From a virus (taxonomy: Duplodnaviria; Caudoviricetes): a stretch of 64,000 bases of DNA. This document shows, in pieces, positions 11,098 to 19,929 of the stretch; within the stretch, counting starts at the first letter, position 1; every line of letters begins with the position of its first letter. Under the pieces are notes generated by a model that was given only the letters and a program-made list of their open reading frames with translations, had not been told where the DNA came from and did not search any database. The stretch is from positions 1-64,000 of IMG/VR virus record IMGVR_UViG_3300024507_000173. One strand, written 5' to 3'. The position numbers and the translations under genes were made by a program.

Positions 11098-12072
11098 ATG
11101 ACGAAACAAACAATTAACGTAGGTCAGTCCGCAAACGATAAGAAAGGCGATAGCCTTCGAGCAGCGTTTCAAAAAGTAAATGCTAATTTTACAGAATTAT
11201 ATGCATCTGTAGGATCTGACGCTGCTGGTAATCAATTAGTCAATGGTCTGCAGGTTGTTGATCTAGATGCTAACGGAATTATAACACTACCAAATAGTAG
11301 TTATTTAGAAAGTACAGATATTAACTTAAAAGTTGGTGCTCAAGGTACGGTAACTATTCGTAGCAATGCTGAGAGTAATCTTACTACACAATCATGGTTA
11401 TTTGACATTGACGGTAATTTAACATTCCCAAATGGCGAGACAATAATATCCCAGCCGGTGCAGATATTCATACATAAGGACAACGGAGATAGTTCAGGCG
11501 AAGTAGTTTTACAACCCGACGGTGTTAGTATACAGGCAACATCACTTATTGACCCTAGAGCTTGTTTAGTAACAGCAGGTCTTAATGGCGCAACAGTACA
11601 AATAGTAGATTCTGCAAATAATATATTCAATTGGACATTTGAAGCAGATGGTACATTGCAAACTCCTAATAACGGAAGAATTAGACAAAACCATAGTTTT
11701 ACTAGAACCACTTCAGCTTCAGCATCAGCGGCTACTCCTGTTGTAGTATGGACAGCGTCAGAAGATTGGATATCTGGAATTAAACTCACTATACAGGTAG
11801 AAGGGGCAGTAACAGGTGATAGCACAGGATGGCACGTACAGACCTGCGAAGCTACTATTGCTTCTAGAGGCTATGCTAATGGAGTTAGCGGCTATGGGGA
11901 TCCAGAGATGAGTGTCTACGGAATAATTTATACCAGCACAAATCCTCTGGCAACATTTGAAGTTCAAAGAAATGCAACTACAAGAAAAGTTGAAGTTGTG
12001 GCAACCGGAAGCGATATTAACAATAACATTATCGTATCAGTACATTCAGTAGAAATTGGTACAACAGATTAA
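11098..12072 (+). CDS. Tail fibre/baseplate protein
   Basis: gp10-like N-terminus (INVGQSANDKKGDSLRAAFQKVNANFTELY) and W-x-F-x-x-D-G-x-L motifs. Confidence 0.75.
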   Translation: MTKQTINVGQSANDKKGDSLRAAFQKVNANFTELYASVGSDAAGNQLVNGLQVVDLDANGIITLPNSSYLESTDINLKVGAQGTVTIRSNAESNLTTQSWLFDIDGNLTFPNGETIISQPVQIFIHKDNGDSSGEVVLQPDGVSIQATSLIDPRACLVTAGLNGATVQIVDSANNIFNWTFEADGTLQTPNNGRIRQNHSFTRTTSASASAATPVVVWTASEDWISGIKLTIQVEGAVTGDSTGWHVQTCEATIASRGYANGVSGYGDPEMSVYGIIYTSTNPLATFEVQRNATTRKVEVVATGSDINNNIIVSVHSVEIGTTD

Positions 12073-12086
12073 AAGGAAGAGCGAGT

Positions 12087-15000
12087 ATGGCAATTAAACC
12101 ATTTGAGATACAAAGTTCAACACTGACAATTGGCGGTGTTGATTTACAAGCAGGTAACACGAGTGTTGTTATTCCTGGTGTTACACAAGCAACTAGTTAC
12201 AAAGTTGAAGAAGTTGAAGACACAGGGGATCAAACTCAAACACTTAACCCAGCAACAGCAGTTGTTGTTGATTTTATCACATACGATCAAATTTCAGCAG
12301 GCCTGAATCCAAACTTTACAGCCGATTATACTGTAGAACTAGACGAAGAAGGCTACATTGACAAGATTCAAGTTAATGGTCGAGGAACATACAATTCTTA
12401 TCTCTCTGGCTTGAACGAAAGCAATGATATGTATGCTTACATCGGCTCGGGTAGTGCTAATGATCGTCCTATTGTTCCGCAAGACTGGACACAGATTCCG
12501 TTCCGTCCTAAGATGCGAGCAGGTGAGATTGAAAACGTTGGCGGTGGCGGCATTGACAAGATTTATAGCATTGCTGGAGCATATACTATTGTAGCAGTCA
12601 ACACTGGAGACAACGTTGTTTACATAGCAGGTGACCACGCTGGTACTTTAAATAACTGTGATTACATTAACGTTACTGTTGCTCCTCCACAGGTAGCATA
12701 CGCGGCACTTGACATATCTTATAACAATATTACAGATCAAACTGCCATAACCTTTGACTCTGATCTTGAAGTACAATCTTTTTTCGCTACCCAAGAGACC
12801 AAAGTTGCGGCTATTAATTTAATGAACAATCCAACTGGATTGTTTGTACCTAGTGGATTTGAGCTTAATGGCACATTTGCTTTTGGAGCCGGTGATAGAA
12901 TTAGTTCTCTTAATTTTCCATGGTCATCATTTACTGTAAATGACGACGGTACAGTTACCTTTCCAGATGGTACTAAGCAATCAACAGCCTACGGTAGTTA
13001 TGCTAGACGTTCATACTTGTTACACGAGGACGCTAACCCAAATGGATTTACAACTCCACAAACAATCACTATTGATGGTATAGACTATGCTGGCGGCGAG
13101 GTTCAACAAGATAACGCATTTGGTGCGGTCAGTAGTCGTGTTACCCTATACGCAGACAGTATGTTTGCTATGATAGCAGTAAACACTGACGTCAACACAG
13201 TCTACTACAATGGTGAAACAGGTGCAGACGGTGATGGTACAAAAACAGTTGCTAGTGGTTTAGAAAACTATCGCGATGGTTATTATTCTTGGTACAATAA
13301 ATTTTCAGGCACAGGTGATCCTGCTATAACACAGATTGTTATTGCTAAGAATCCTGCTAATCCTGGCAATGTTAGTTACTATAATAGAAGCACAGACACT
13401 AACAACGATGACTTTACAGTATCAGGACTAGCCGGTGCTACAACTGTTATTGTGTTCAATGTCTACTGGGATGCTGACGGTGGTCCAGCATATGAAAGTT
13501 CTATTGAAACAGCCACTAAGGCTATCATTGATGCGGCAATCTATGACGGTGGCCCAACAGAACTAACTGATTTAACGGCTATCAAAGCGGCATTTTATGC
13601 TAGATCCGCTGATATGAAGTCTGCCATAGAAGGTTGGGAAGGCGATTTATTATTTGCTCTCTTTGAGTTCTTTAGTGACACATTCCAAGCAGTCAAACCA
13701 ACAACTACTATTAGTAACGGATCGGGTGCTGTGCTAGAAATACGAGTACGACCTGACGGCGAGGGCGGGTTTTATTACGATAATGAAGATGTAATTTTGC
13801 CAGGCACAGGATATCAAATAGGAGATACCTTAACTGTGCCAGGCACAGAGTTTGGTGGAACAAGTCCTGCTAATGATGTAACTATCACTGTAGATAGTGT
13901 CAGTTTTCCAAACGGCGGTATTGTAGACCATAGTGTTTCAGGAACAGCACCTAGTCAAGTATGGCCACAGTCATACATTCGTGATGGTAACGCGGATATT
14001 TTTGACATTGGTAACTTCATTGGTACTGATCATACTCGTGTAACTGCCGTAGCAACATTAACATATACAGGTGGCGGCACAACTGGTAATGCTGTATTCC
14101 AAACATTGAATATTATCAGTGCTGACAAGGCTATCAGCCCAGGGCAGTGGGCATGGTTTGAGTCTTCTGGTCGTGGAGCACTTATCAACTGGGCATTGAG
14201 CTATGGTGATAATAATGAAGCCGCTTACCTAGACGAATACACTGGTTATAACAGCACAGCGGCATTAAACTACGACTATCAAGTAGATGTAGACAATGCT
14301 CACTTAACGATAAGAGGTGACGGCAGATGGGACATTGGTAGCAGTAACTTTGATACTAAGATATTCTCCATAGCCGAAATAGACCCTGATCCGCTAGATA
14401 TTATTGTTAGAGCCAACAACAACGATTGGATGTTTGATCGCAATGGTAACTTAACATTGCCTACTGGTGGCGATATTCTAGACAGCAATGGTGACTCAGT
14501 ACTAGCCGGTGGTGGTGGCAATTTGATTGGTACCGGTAGTGCCGCTGGTGTTGGTTTTACTCGCACAGTCTACACTGATTACTTTAACGGACAAGGTGGT
14601 GAAGCAGACGGCAACGGAAATCAAGATTGGTTCTGGGCCACCGATGTTACTGGAGTAGAAGCGGGCGATACTATTACATTCCGCCAAGGAGAAGTAAGAA
14701 CTATCAGTAACGTTACAGTCAACGGCTTATACACCGCTATAGATTGGTCCGGTGATGCTGTAACTGGCAGCGACACCCTACCTCGTTATCCTGTAACAAT
14801 AACATCTAGCGATTATTCAGCACCTGAAAAGAACAAGGCAAGAATCAAACCTGATCTTACAGCCGCAAATGATTGGGGACACTACATGGATATCTATGCC
14901 GGCGGCGGCAGTCCTGTAATAGACAGCAAACACATCCACATGTCAGGACATACTGGCGAAATAGAACTGTTCTTAGGCACTGACAGCAACTATGTTTCTG

Positions 15001-17630
15001 CCAAAGAAGCAGGTACAGCACCCGCAGGTGTACGCCTACACAGTGAAAATGATGTCAGTGTTGAAAGCAGTAACCTACGCATTAATCGCAAGGGCAGTAC
15101 TTGGGCCGCAGTCTACGGTGACGGAAACAACGTTAATTCAGACGGCAATACCAACGACCTAACGTTTGATTGTATTGCTGTTGACGAACACGGTGACTAT
15201 TATGTAGGCGGTGAACATTGCCAGAGAGCTGATGCTATTATCAGCAAGTATGGCCGTGATGGCAATCTAATCTGGAGCAATTATAGCGAAGGCGCAGTTA
15301 TAACAGGCTTTGAACCACAGGCCATTGCTTACCACAACGGTGAAGTAGCCTCGGCAGTAAAAACCAACAATGGTAGAACAACTTCATATCTCAAACTAGT
15401 GGTTCAAAACAGCACCACCGGCGAAGTTAAATCTACCACAGATATTTACGACACAGACAATACTGTTCGTGCTACTAGTATGATATACCACTCAACACTT
15501 GGTTGGGTTGTAGTTGGTAAAACCTGGGGTGAAACATTGGTATCCAGTACTATCACAGCCACTGGCAACACTGGTGTAGGTATTATTGAATTACCATCGG
15601 CACAGACAAAGTTAGAGAATATTTACCCAGAAACCAACGGTGACTGGTATATGACAGGTACTAGTATTACTGGCGATCAATATCTAACTTCTGGCTTAGG
15701 CATGTATCGTGATGTACCTATAACTACTGTTACTGGTGGCGGTGCTGGAGGCGTTGCTAGAGTTACTGTAAGTTATAACGGTGGCGGAACATACAGTGAT
15801 CTCACTGTTACCACTCAAGGTAGTGGATACAATTCCAACGACGAACTTAAAATACCAGGTAGCCTACTAGGTGGTGTTGACGGTGGATCTAGCGTAACTG
15901 CTACTCCATTTAGTGTCAATCCAGCATCAGGTCGAATTATGGTACAGTTCAGTAAGATTGATTACCCTAGTTTATATGATCAACTAAACTGGGCATCATA
16001 TACTGTATCTTATAACGCACATCCTCCAGCAGATGTTGTCAGCATTGTAGACAGCCAAGATGGTTATTGGAATGTGGTCATTGACAATTCAGACATCAAC
16101 ATCAGCGTGGCCACTTTCTATACTGCCAGCGGTAACGATCTAACATTCCTTGCTCAGGTGTCAGGAGATGCTCTAGTTGGTCCTAATAGTGTGTTAACTG
16201 GAGTTGCTTCTAGAAAGACCATACGACTTGACATGGGATTTGCTATGGGTTACGGTAGTGTTGACTTTACTGGCGGTACATTTACTATTTCAAGACACTT
16301 AAATACTCGCCCTTGGGTATGGACCAGCGGTTGGACACGCTATTTAGATCCAGCGGTTAACTACGGAAGCGGTACAGCCTATACTGTAGCAGAAGTTCCT
16401 GCTGGTGGTTTACTGGTTGGCGGCTACATAGATGGTACACCTACCAACCATAGTTTTATTTGGAAGTTAAACACCAATGGTTCAACTGGTTGGCTCAAAG
16501 GAATTCTAGCAGACGGACAGGGAGTTCGCAGTCTAGCAGTCAGTACAGTAGACGGCAGTATATATGCTACAACCACTTACAATCAAGGCACACTGAACAA
16601 ACTAGACTACACTGGCGCACTACAGAGTCGTATAGCGGCGACAGGCATGTGGGGATTGAATCCTCATGTAAAACTAGAAATAGATCTTGACGGTAATGAG
16701 CAGGTCTATGTTGGCGGATCAGGTGGTGCTATTTGGATTGGCCCATATGGTGCTTTTATGTTAAACAAATTTACTTCGAACCTACAGCCAGTCTGGGGCA
16801 GAAGTATGCACTACAACGGTGGTGAAAGCATAAACATTGAATACAGTGGTGATCCTTATGATAACTTTGTATTAGGTAAAGGGCAGGCAACTCTAGTTGG
16901 TTATTCTAACTTGTTTAGCGTCAGTAATACCAACGCTGTGATGTTCACCATGGATACTACAGATGAATTTACACCTGTTAACAATGTTTGGGAAATCAAG
17001 ACACACGCTGATCAGAAATGGGAGTTACAAGAGGACTGGGCTACAAATGACCTATTGACTCTTGGCATTGAAGCGAAAACCAGTTCAGCATCAACAGATA
17101 TTGAGGTTACTGGACTCGCACTATCACAATGGAGATTCCAAGAAAGGGTTGTTAATCTAAACGAAATACCAAATGGTATAGTTGGTGTAGAATCTATTAC
17201 CTTTGCTGATGGTAATGTGCTGGATCATAACCCTAGCGACATTCCTCCAAGTACAGGATTTGATTCGCAAACAGGTTGGAACTATACACTACAGTTAAGT
17301 GACCGTGGTAGATTTATTATCAACCAAACTGTACCTAATACTAGTTACGCTCAACACTTGTATATCACAGTCCCTCGCAATGACAATGTTCCATTCCCAG
17401 TGGGCACAGTGATTACACTGATAAACACAAACAGTATCTCAGGAAACGGATATAAAATTTATGTACAACCAGAAAGTTATGGTGATCTTAATGCTCCTCA
17501 GATTTGGACCACTGGCGGAAATCAAAATCCAAGCACTTGGAGTTTCCAGGGTATACAGACTGCTACACTGATGAAGATTAGCAGTAACGGTTGGTTGTTG
17601 ACTGCTAATGATGTTATAAACGAGGACTAA
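12087..17630 (+). CDS. Large tail fibre/receptor-binding protein (1847 aa)
   Basis: G/T/S-rich. Has GxGY..GD.LT.PG repeats, WxFDxNGNLTLP motifs and beta-propeller-like blades (KY..DGNLIW, KLNTNGSTGW). Lies in the structural module. Confidence 0.7.
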   Translation: MAIKPFEIQSSTLTIGGVDLQAGNTSVVIPGVTQATSYKVEEVEDTGDQTQTLNPATAVVVDFITYDQISAGLNPNFTADYTVELDEEGYIDKIQVNGRGTYNSYLSGLNESNDMYAYIGSGSANDRPIVPQDWTQIPFRPKMRAGEIENVGGGGIDKIYSIAGAYTIVAVNTGDNVVYIAGDHAGTLNNCDYINVTVAPPQVAYAALDISYNNITDQTAITFDSDLEVQSFFATQETKVAAINLMNNPTGLFVPSGFELNGTFAFGAGDRISSLNFPWSSFTVNDDGTVTFPDGTKQSTAYGSYARRSYLLHEDANPNGFTTPQTITIDGIDYAGGEVQQDNAFGAVSSRVTLYADSMFAMIAVNTDVNTVYYNGETGADGDGTKTVASGLENYRDGYYSWYNKFSGTGDPAITQIVIAKNPANPGNVSYYNRSTDTNNDDFTVSGLAGATTVIVFNVYWDADGGPAYESSIETATKAIIDAAIYDGGPTELTDLTAIKAAFYARSADMKSAIEGWEGDLLFALFEFFSDTFQAVKPTTTISNGSGAVLEIRVRPDGEGGFYYDNEDVILPGTGYQIGDTLTVPGTEFGGTSPANDVTITVDSVSFPNGGIVDHSVSGTAPSQVWPQSYIRDGNADIFDIGNFIGTDHTRVTAVATLTYTGGGTTGNAVFQTLNIISADKAISPGQWAWFESSGRGALINWALSYGDNNEAAYLDEYTGYNSTAALNYDYQVDVDNAHLTIRGDGRWDIGSSNFDTKIFSIAEIDPDPLDIIVRANNNDWMFDRNGNLTLPTGGDILDSNGDSVLAGGGGNLIGTGSAAGVGFTRTVYTDYFNGQGGEADGNGNQDWFWATDVTGVEAGDTITFRQGEVRTISNVTVNGLYTAIDWSGDAVTGSDTLPRYPVTITSSDYSAPEKNKARIKPDLTAANDWGHYMDIYAGGGSPVIDSKHIHMSGHTGEIELFLGTDSNYVSAKEAGTAPAGVRLHSENDVSVESSNLRINRKGSTWAAVYGDGNNVNSDGNTNDLTFDCIAVDEHGDYYVGGEHCQRADAIISKYGRDGNLIWSNYSEGAVITGFEPQAIAYHNGEVASAVKTNNGRTTSYLKLVVQNSTTGEVKSTTDIYDTDNTVRATSMIYHSTLGWVVVGKTWGETLVSSTITATGNTGVGIIELPSAQTKLENIYPETNGDWYMTGTSITGDQYLTSGLGMYRDVPITTVTGGGAGGVARVTVSYNGGGTYSDLTVTTQGSGYNSNDELKIPGSLLGGVDGGSSVTATPFSVNPASGRIMVQFSKIDYPSLYDQLNWASYTVSYNAHPPADVVSIVDSQDGYWNVVIDNSDINISVATFYTASGNDLTFLAQVSGDALVGPNSVLTGVASRKTIRLDMGFAMGYGSVDFTGGTFTISRHLNTRPWVWTSGWTRYLDPAVNYGSGTAYTVAEVPAGGLLVGGYIDGTPTNHSFIWKLNTNGSTGWLKGILADGQGVRSLAVSTVDGSIYATTTYNQGTLNKLDYTGALQSRIAATGMWGLNPHVKLEIDLDGNEQVYVGGSGGAIWIGPYGAFMLNKFTSNLQPVWGRSMHYNGGESINIEYSGDPYDNFVLGKGQATLVGYSNLFSVSNTNAVMFTMDTTDEFTPVNNVWEIKTHADQKWELQEDWATNDLLTLGIEAKTSSASTDIEVTGLALSQWRFQERVVNLNEIPNGIVGVESITFADGNVLDHNPSDIPPSTGFDSQTGWNYTLQLSDRGRFIINQTVPNTSYAQHLYITVPRNDNVPFPVGTVITLINTNSISGNGYKIYVQPESYGDLNAPQIWTTGGNQNPSTWSFQGIQTATLMKISSNGWLLTANDVINED

Positions 17631-17631
17631 G

Positions 17632-18252
17632 ATGCCAGTTACTCAACTATCAGCAAGCGTAGGTCGTACAACGGATAGCATAGCAAATACTTTACCTGCT
17701 GGCTTTTCGTTCAACGGAGTTAACAGTTCTTGGTTCAATACTCCTGGAGAGTATCCTTTTAATGGCAACAGTTATGTGGTCACAACCAGCGTAGGTACAT
17801 GTAATAATATATCTATTAACCTTTGGTTTAGACCCTTAGCGGCTAATAGGATATTAATGACAGAACAGGATACTGGTGTTGAAAATTTTAGTTATCATTA
17901 TTCTATGTTAGAGATTGATGCCAGCGGTTATGTTAGAGGCAGGATATGGGACGGCAGTGGTAACATCTTTTTAACATCGCCCTTGCCCGTAAATCTAGCT
18001 CGCTGGAATCATATCTATTTGAACTATGATAATACCAATACGATTATGGTGCTTAATGGCGGTACTCCTCAACAGACCTTTATAACTAGACAAGTACCAC
18101 CGCAGACCTTTATTGGTATAGGGACGTTTACCGTTACAAATATAGGAACTCAAAATAGATACGTTGGCAAGATTAACGACCTACGCATCAGTAGCAATGG
18201 TGAAGGATCATCTTGGGCTAGTACTGTTGGCAACTATCCAGGCGCGATTTAA
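17632..18252 (+). CDS. LamG/concanavalin A-like lectin domain protein
   Basis: ISINLWFRP...WNHIYL...YVGKINDLRI pattern of LamG domains. Confidence 0.75.
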   Translation: MPVTQLSASVGRTTDSIANTLPAGFSFNGVNSSWFNTPGEYPFNGNSYVVTTSVGTCNNISINLWFRPLAANRILMTEQDTGVENFSYHYSMLEIDASGYVRGRIWDGSGNIFLTSPLPVNLARWNHIYLNYDNTNTIMVLNGGTPQQTFITRQVPPQTFIGIGTFTVTNIGTQNRYVGKINDLRISSNGEGSSWASTVGNYPGAI

Positions 18253-18842
18253 CGAATACCCTGCTCTTTGAGTTTACGACAAGTATCACACCGTCCACAG
18301 GGTGTGATATTTTTTTCACTGTATACAGGCACACGACACGACCAAAACATGTTACGCAGAGTTTCTGGTAACATGTCATAGATCTCACGCTTGGTCATGT
18401 TCATTACAGGAAATATCTTTTCTGCAGGCGTAAATGCCTGTAGTATTTTGTTAGCACGAATACGGCGATCTTCTAAGCGTTGATTATGATCATTGGCCTG
18501 CATACCCATAGCAACTTTTTTAATGTCTGGATTTACACTACAGACATAGCCAGCAAAGAAGTTCATACTATCAGTGTCGTACAAGAAATTACGGCCAAAA
18601 GGTTGTGTGCCTATTTCACTTTCACTATAGGCAAATTCAAAACCTAATCGCTTTAGTTCTTTAGTGGCAAGATCTACTGCAATCTGTTCAGCCCGCCAAC
18701 GCTGTTCTACATTTTTATTGTGAACGTGATGTATGTGGATGTCATGGTCCTTGTATTCATCTTCAGTTAATAGTTTGTAGACCATGCCTAGACTGTCTAG
18801 GCCGCCGGAATACATAGCTAGTATTGTGGGTTTTTGTTCCAT
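18249..18842 (-). CDS. queC: QueC-like PP-loop ATPase (7-cyano-7-deazaguanine synthase family)
   Basis: SGGLDS PP-loop and a C-terminal SC...PCGRCDTC zinc site. Confidence 0.7.
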   Translation of the reverse strand: MEQKPTILAMYSGGLDSLGMVYKLLTEDEYKDHDIHIHHVHNKNVEQRWRAEQIAVDLATKELKRLGFEFAYSESEIGTQPFGRNFLYDTDSMNFFAGYVCSVNPDIKKVAMGMQANDHNQRLEDRRIRANKILQAFTPAEKIFPVMNMTKREIYDMLPETLRNMFWSCRVPVYSEKNITPCGRCDTCRKLKEQGIR

Positions 18843-19288
18843 ATATAAAATGTGTAAACTTCGTTGATAGGGTGTTCTTGTGGCTGTGGATTAAGTTCGT
18901 GCGCCCTAGGAAAGTAGACAGCATACTTTGTGGGCCAATTAGGATTTAAAAAAGCACGGGCAACAAACCGATCACAATATGGAAGTACAAGTTTAAGCAA
19001 ATCCTTACAGAACTGCTCTCCAAACGCTAGTCCCCCGTCTATAATAATAGTATCCCAGTGCTTGTTTAGTGTAAACCAGTCCTTGTTCTTAATTTTAGGA
19101 TCTACATACTTGGGTTCTAAATCCCACGCTTCTGTTGCTAACGGTAACAGCAATTTAGTGCTACCTAACAACAAAACTTGCCCTACACAATACTGCTCAA
19201 ATACCTTAAAATCCGCTTCGTTAGGTGCTGCAGGCCATTTTAAATTGATCCAAAATTCATTATCTGAGTGTATTTTATCATCGAGCAT
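18818..19288 (-). CDS. Hypothetical protein, possibly a degenerate class I SAM-methyltransferase fold
   Basis: VLLLGST...AWDL...KDWF...WDTIIIDGG pattern. Overlaps the queC-like start. Confidence 0.4.
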   Translation of the reverse strand: MLDDKIHSDNEFWINLKWPAAPNEADFKVFEQYCVGQVLLLGSTKLLLPLATEAWDLEPKYVDPKIKNKDWFTLNKHWDTIIIDGGLAFGEQFCKDLLKLVLPYCDRFVARAFLNPNWPTKYAVYFPRAHELNPQPQEHPINEVYTFYIWNKNPQY

Positions 19289-19296
19289 ATGAATGT

Positions 19297-19312
19297 TATT
19301 TAACGATAAATA
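19297..19312. promoter_or_regulatory. Back-to-back late promoter boxes
   Basis: TATTTA 19297-19302 (minus-strand TAAATA) abuts CGATAAATA 19304-19312 (plus strand). Confidence 0.65.
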
Positions 19313-19341
19313 CTAAGCAGGAAAACAAAAGAGAGCGCATT

Positions 19342-19917
19342 ATGGCAATTCAGACAATCAACATCGGTAATGTAGTAAACGACGGTTTAGGTGATGATCT
19401 ACGAACAGCATTTCAGAAAGTAAATGCTAATTTTTCAGAATTAAATTCGTCACTAACAATCACAGCTTCCAATATAGGAACAACTGGGTATGGAATTTTT
19501 AAAGAAAAAGTGGGTCCAGAATTACAATTTAAAAATTTAGTATCCGGTAATAAAATGATGTTAGACGATACTGGTAATGCTATTATTGTTAACAGTACTG
19601 CCGATGACGCATTTATTAGATTTGACACCAATTCTGGTTCAATGCTGGCCAGTACGCATACACAAATTACATTAAGTGGTGGGCCTGCAAGCGGGTCTAC
19701 TACTAGTAGAAATGATATTGAAGTTTCAACATTTGGATCTACAGTTTATTTTAAAACTGTTGTTCCAGTAACTGATATTGTAACTTCCTACGATTTTGGT
19801 GCGATTGGCAGTGAATACAATAATGCATTGCAATTTCTATATGCTATGACAAATATGGATTTTGGAACATTTACTATTCCGGGACGTTTTGATTTAGACT
19901 GCGGCACGTTTGTTTAA
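19342..19917 (+). CDS. Baseplate protein with gp9/gp10-like N-terminus
   Basis: INIGNVVNDGLGDDLRTAFQKVNANFSEL. Confidence 0.75.
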   Translation: MAIQTINIGNVVNDGLGDDLRTAFQKVNANFSELNSSLTITASNIGTTGYGIFKEKVGPELQFKNLVSGNKMMLDDTGNAIIVNSTADDAFIRFDTNSGSMLASTHTQITLSGGPASGSTTSRNDIEVSTFGSTVYFKTVVPVTDIVTSYDFGAIGSEYNNALQFLYAMTNMDFGTFTIPGRFDLDCGTFV

Positions 19918-19929
19918 GGAGACGTCCAG

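Noticed and set aside
645-18252. Diversity-generating retroelement or invertible tail-fibre switch
   Set aside because: No reverse transcriptase or invertase, and no adenine-specific TR/VR pair or inverted crossover repeats, were noticed in this window.
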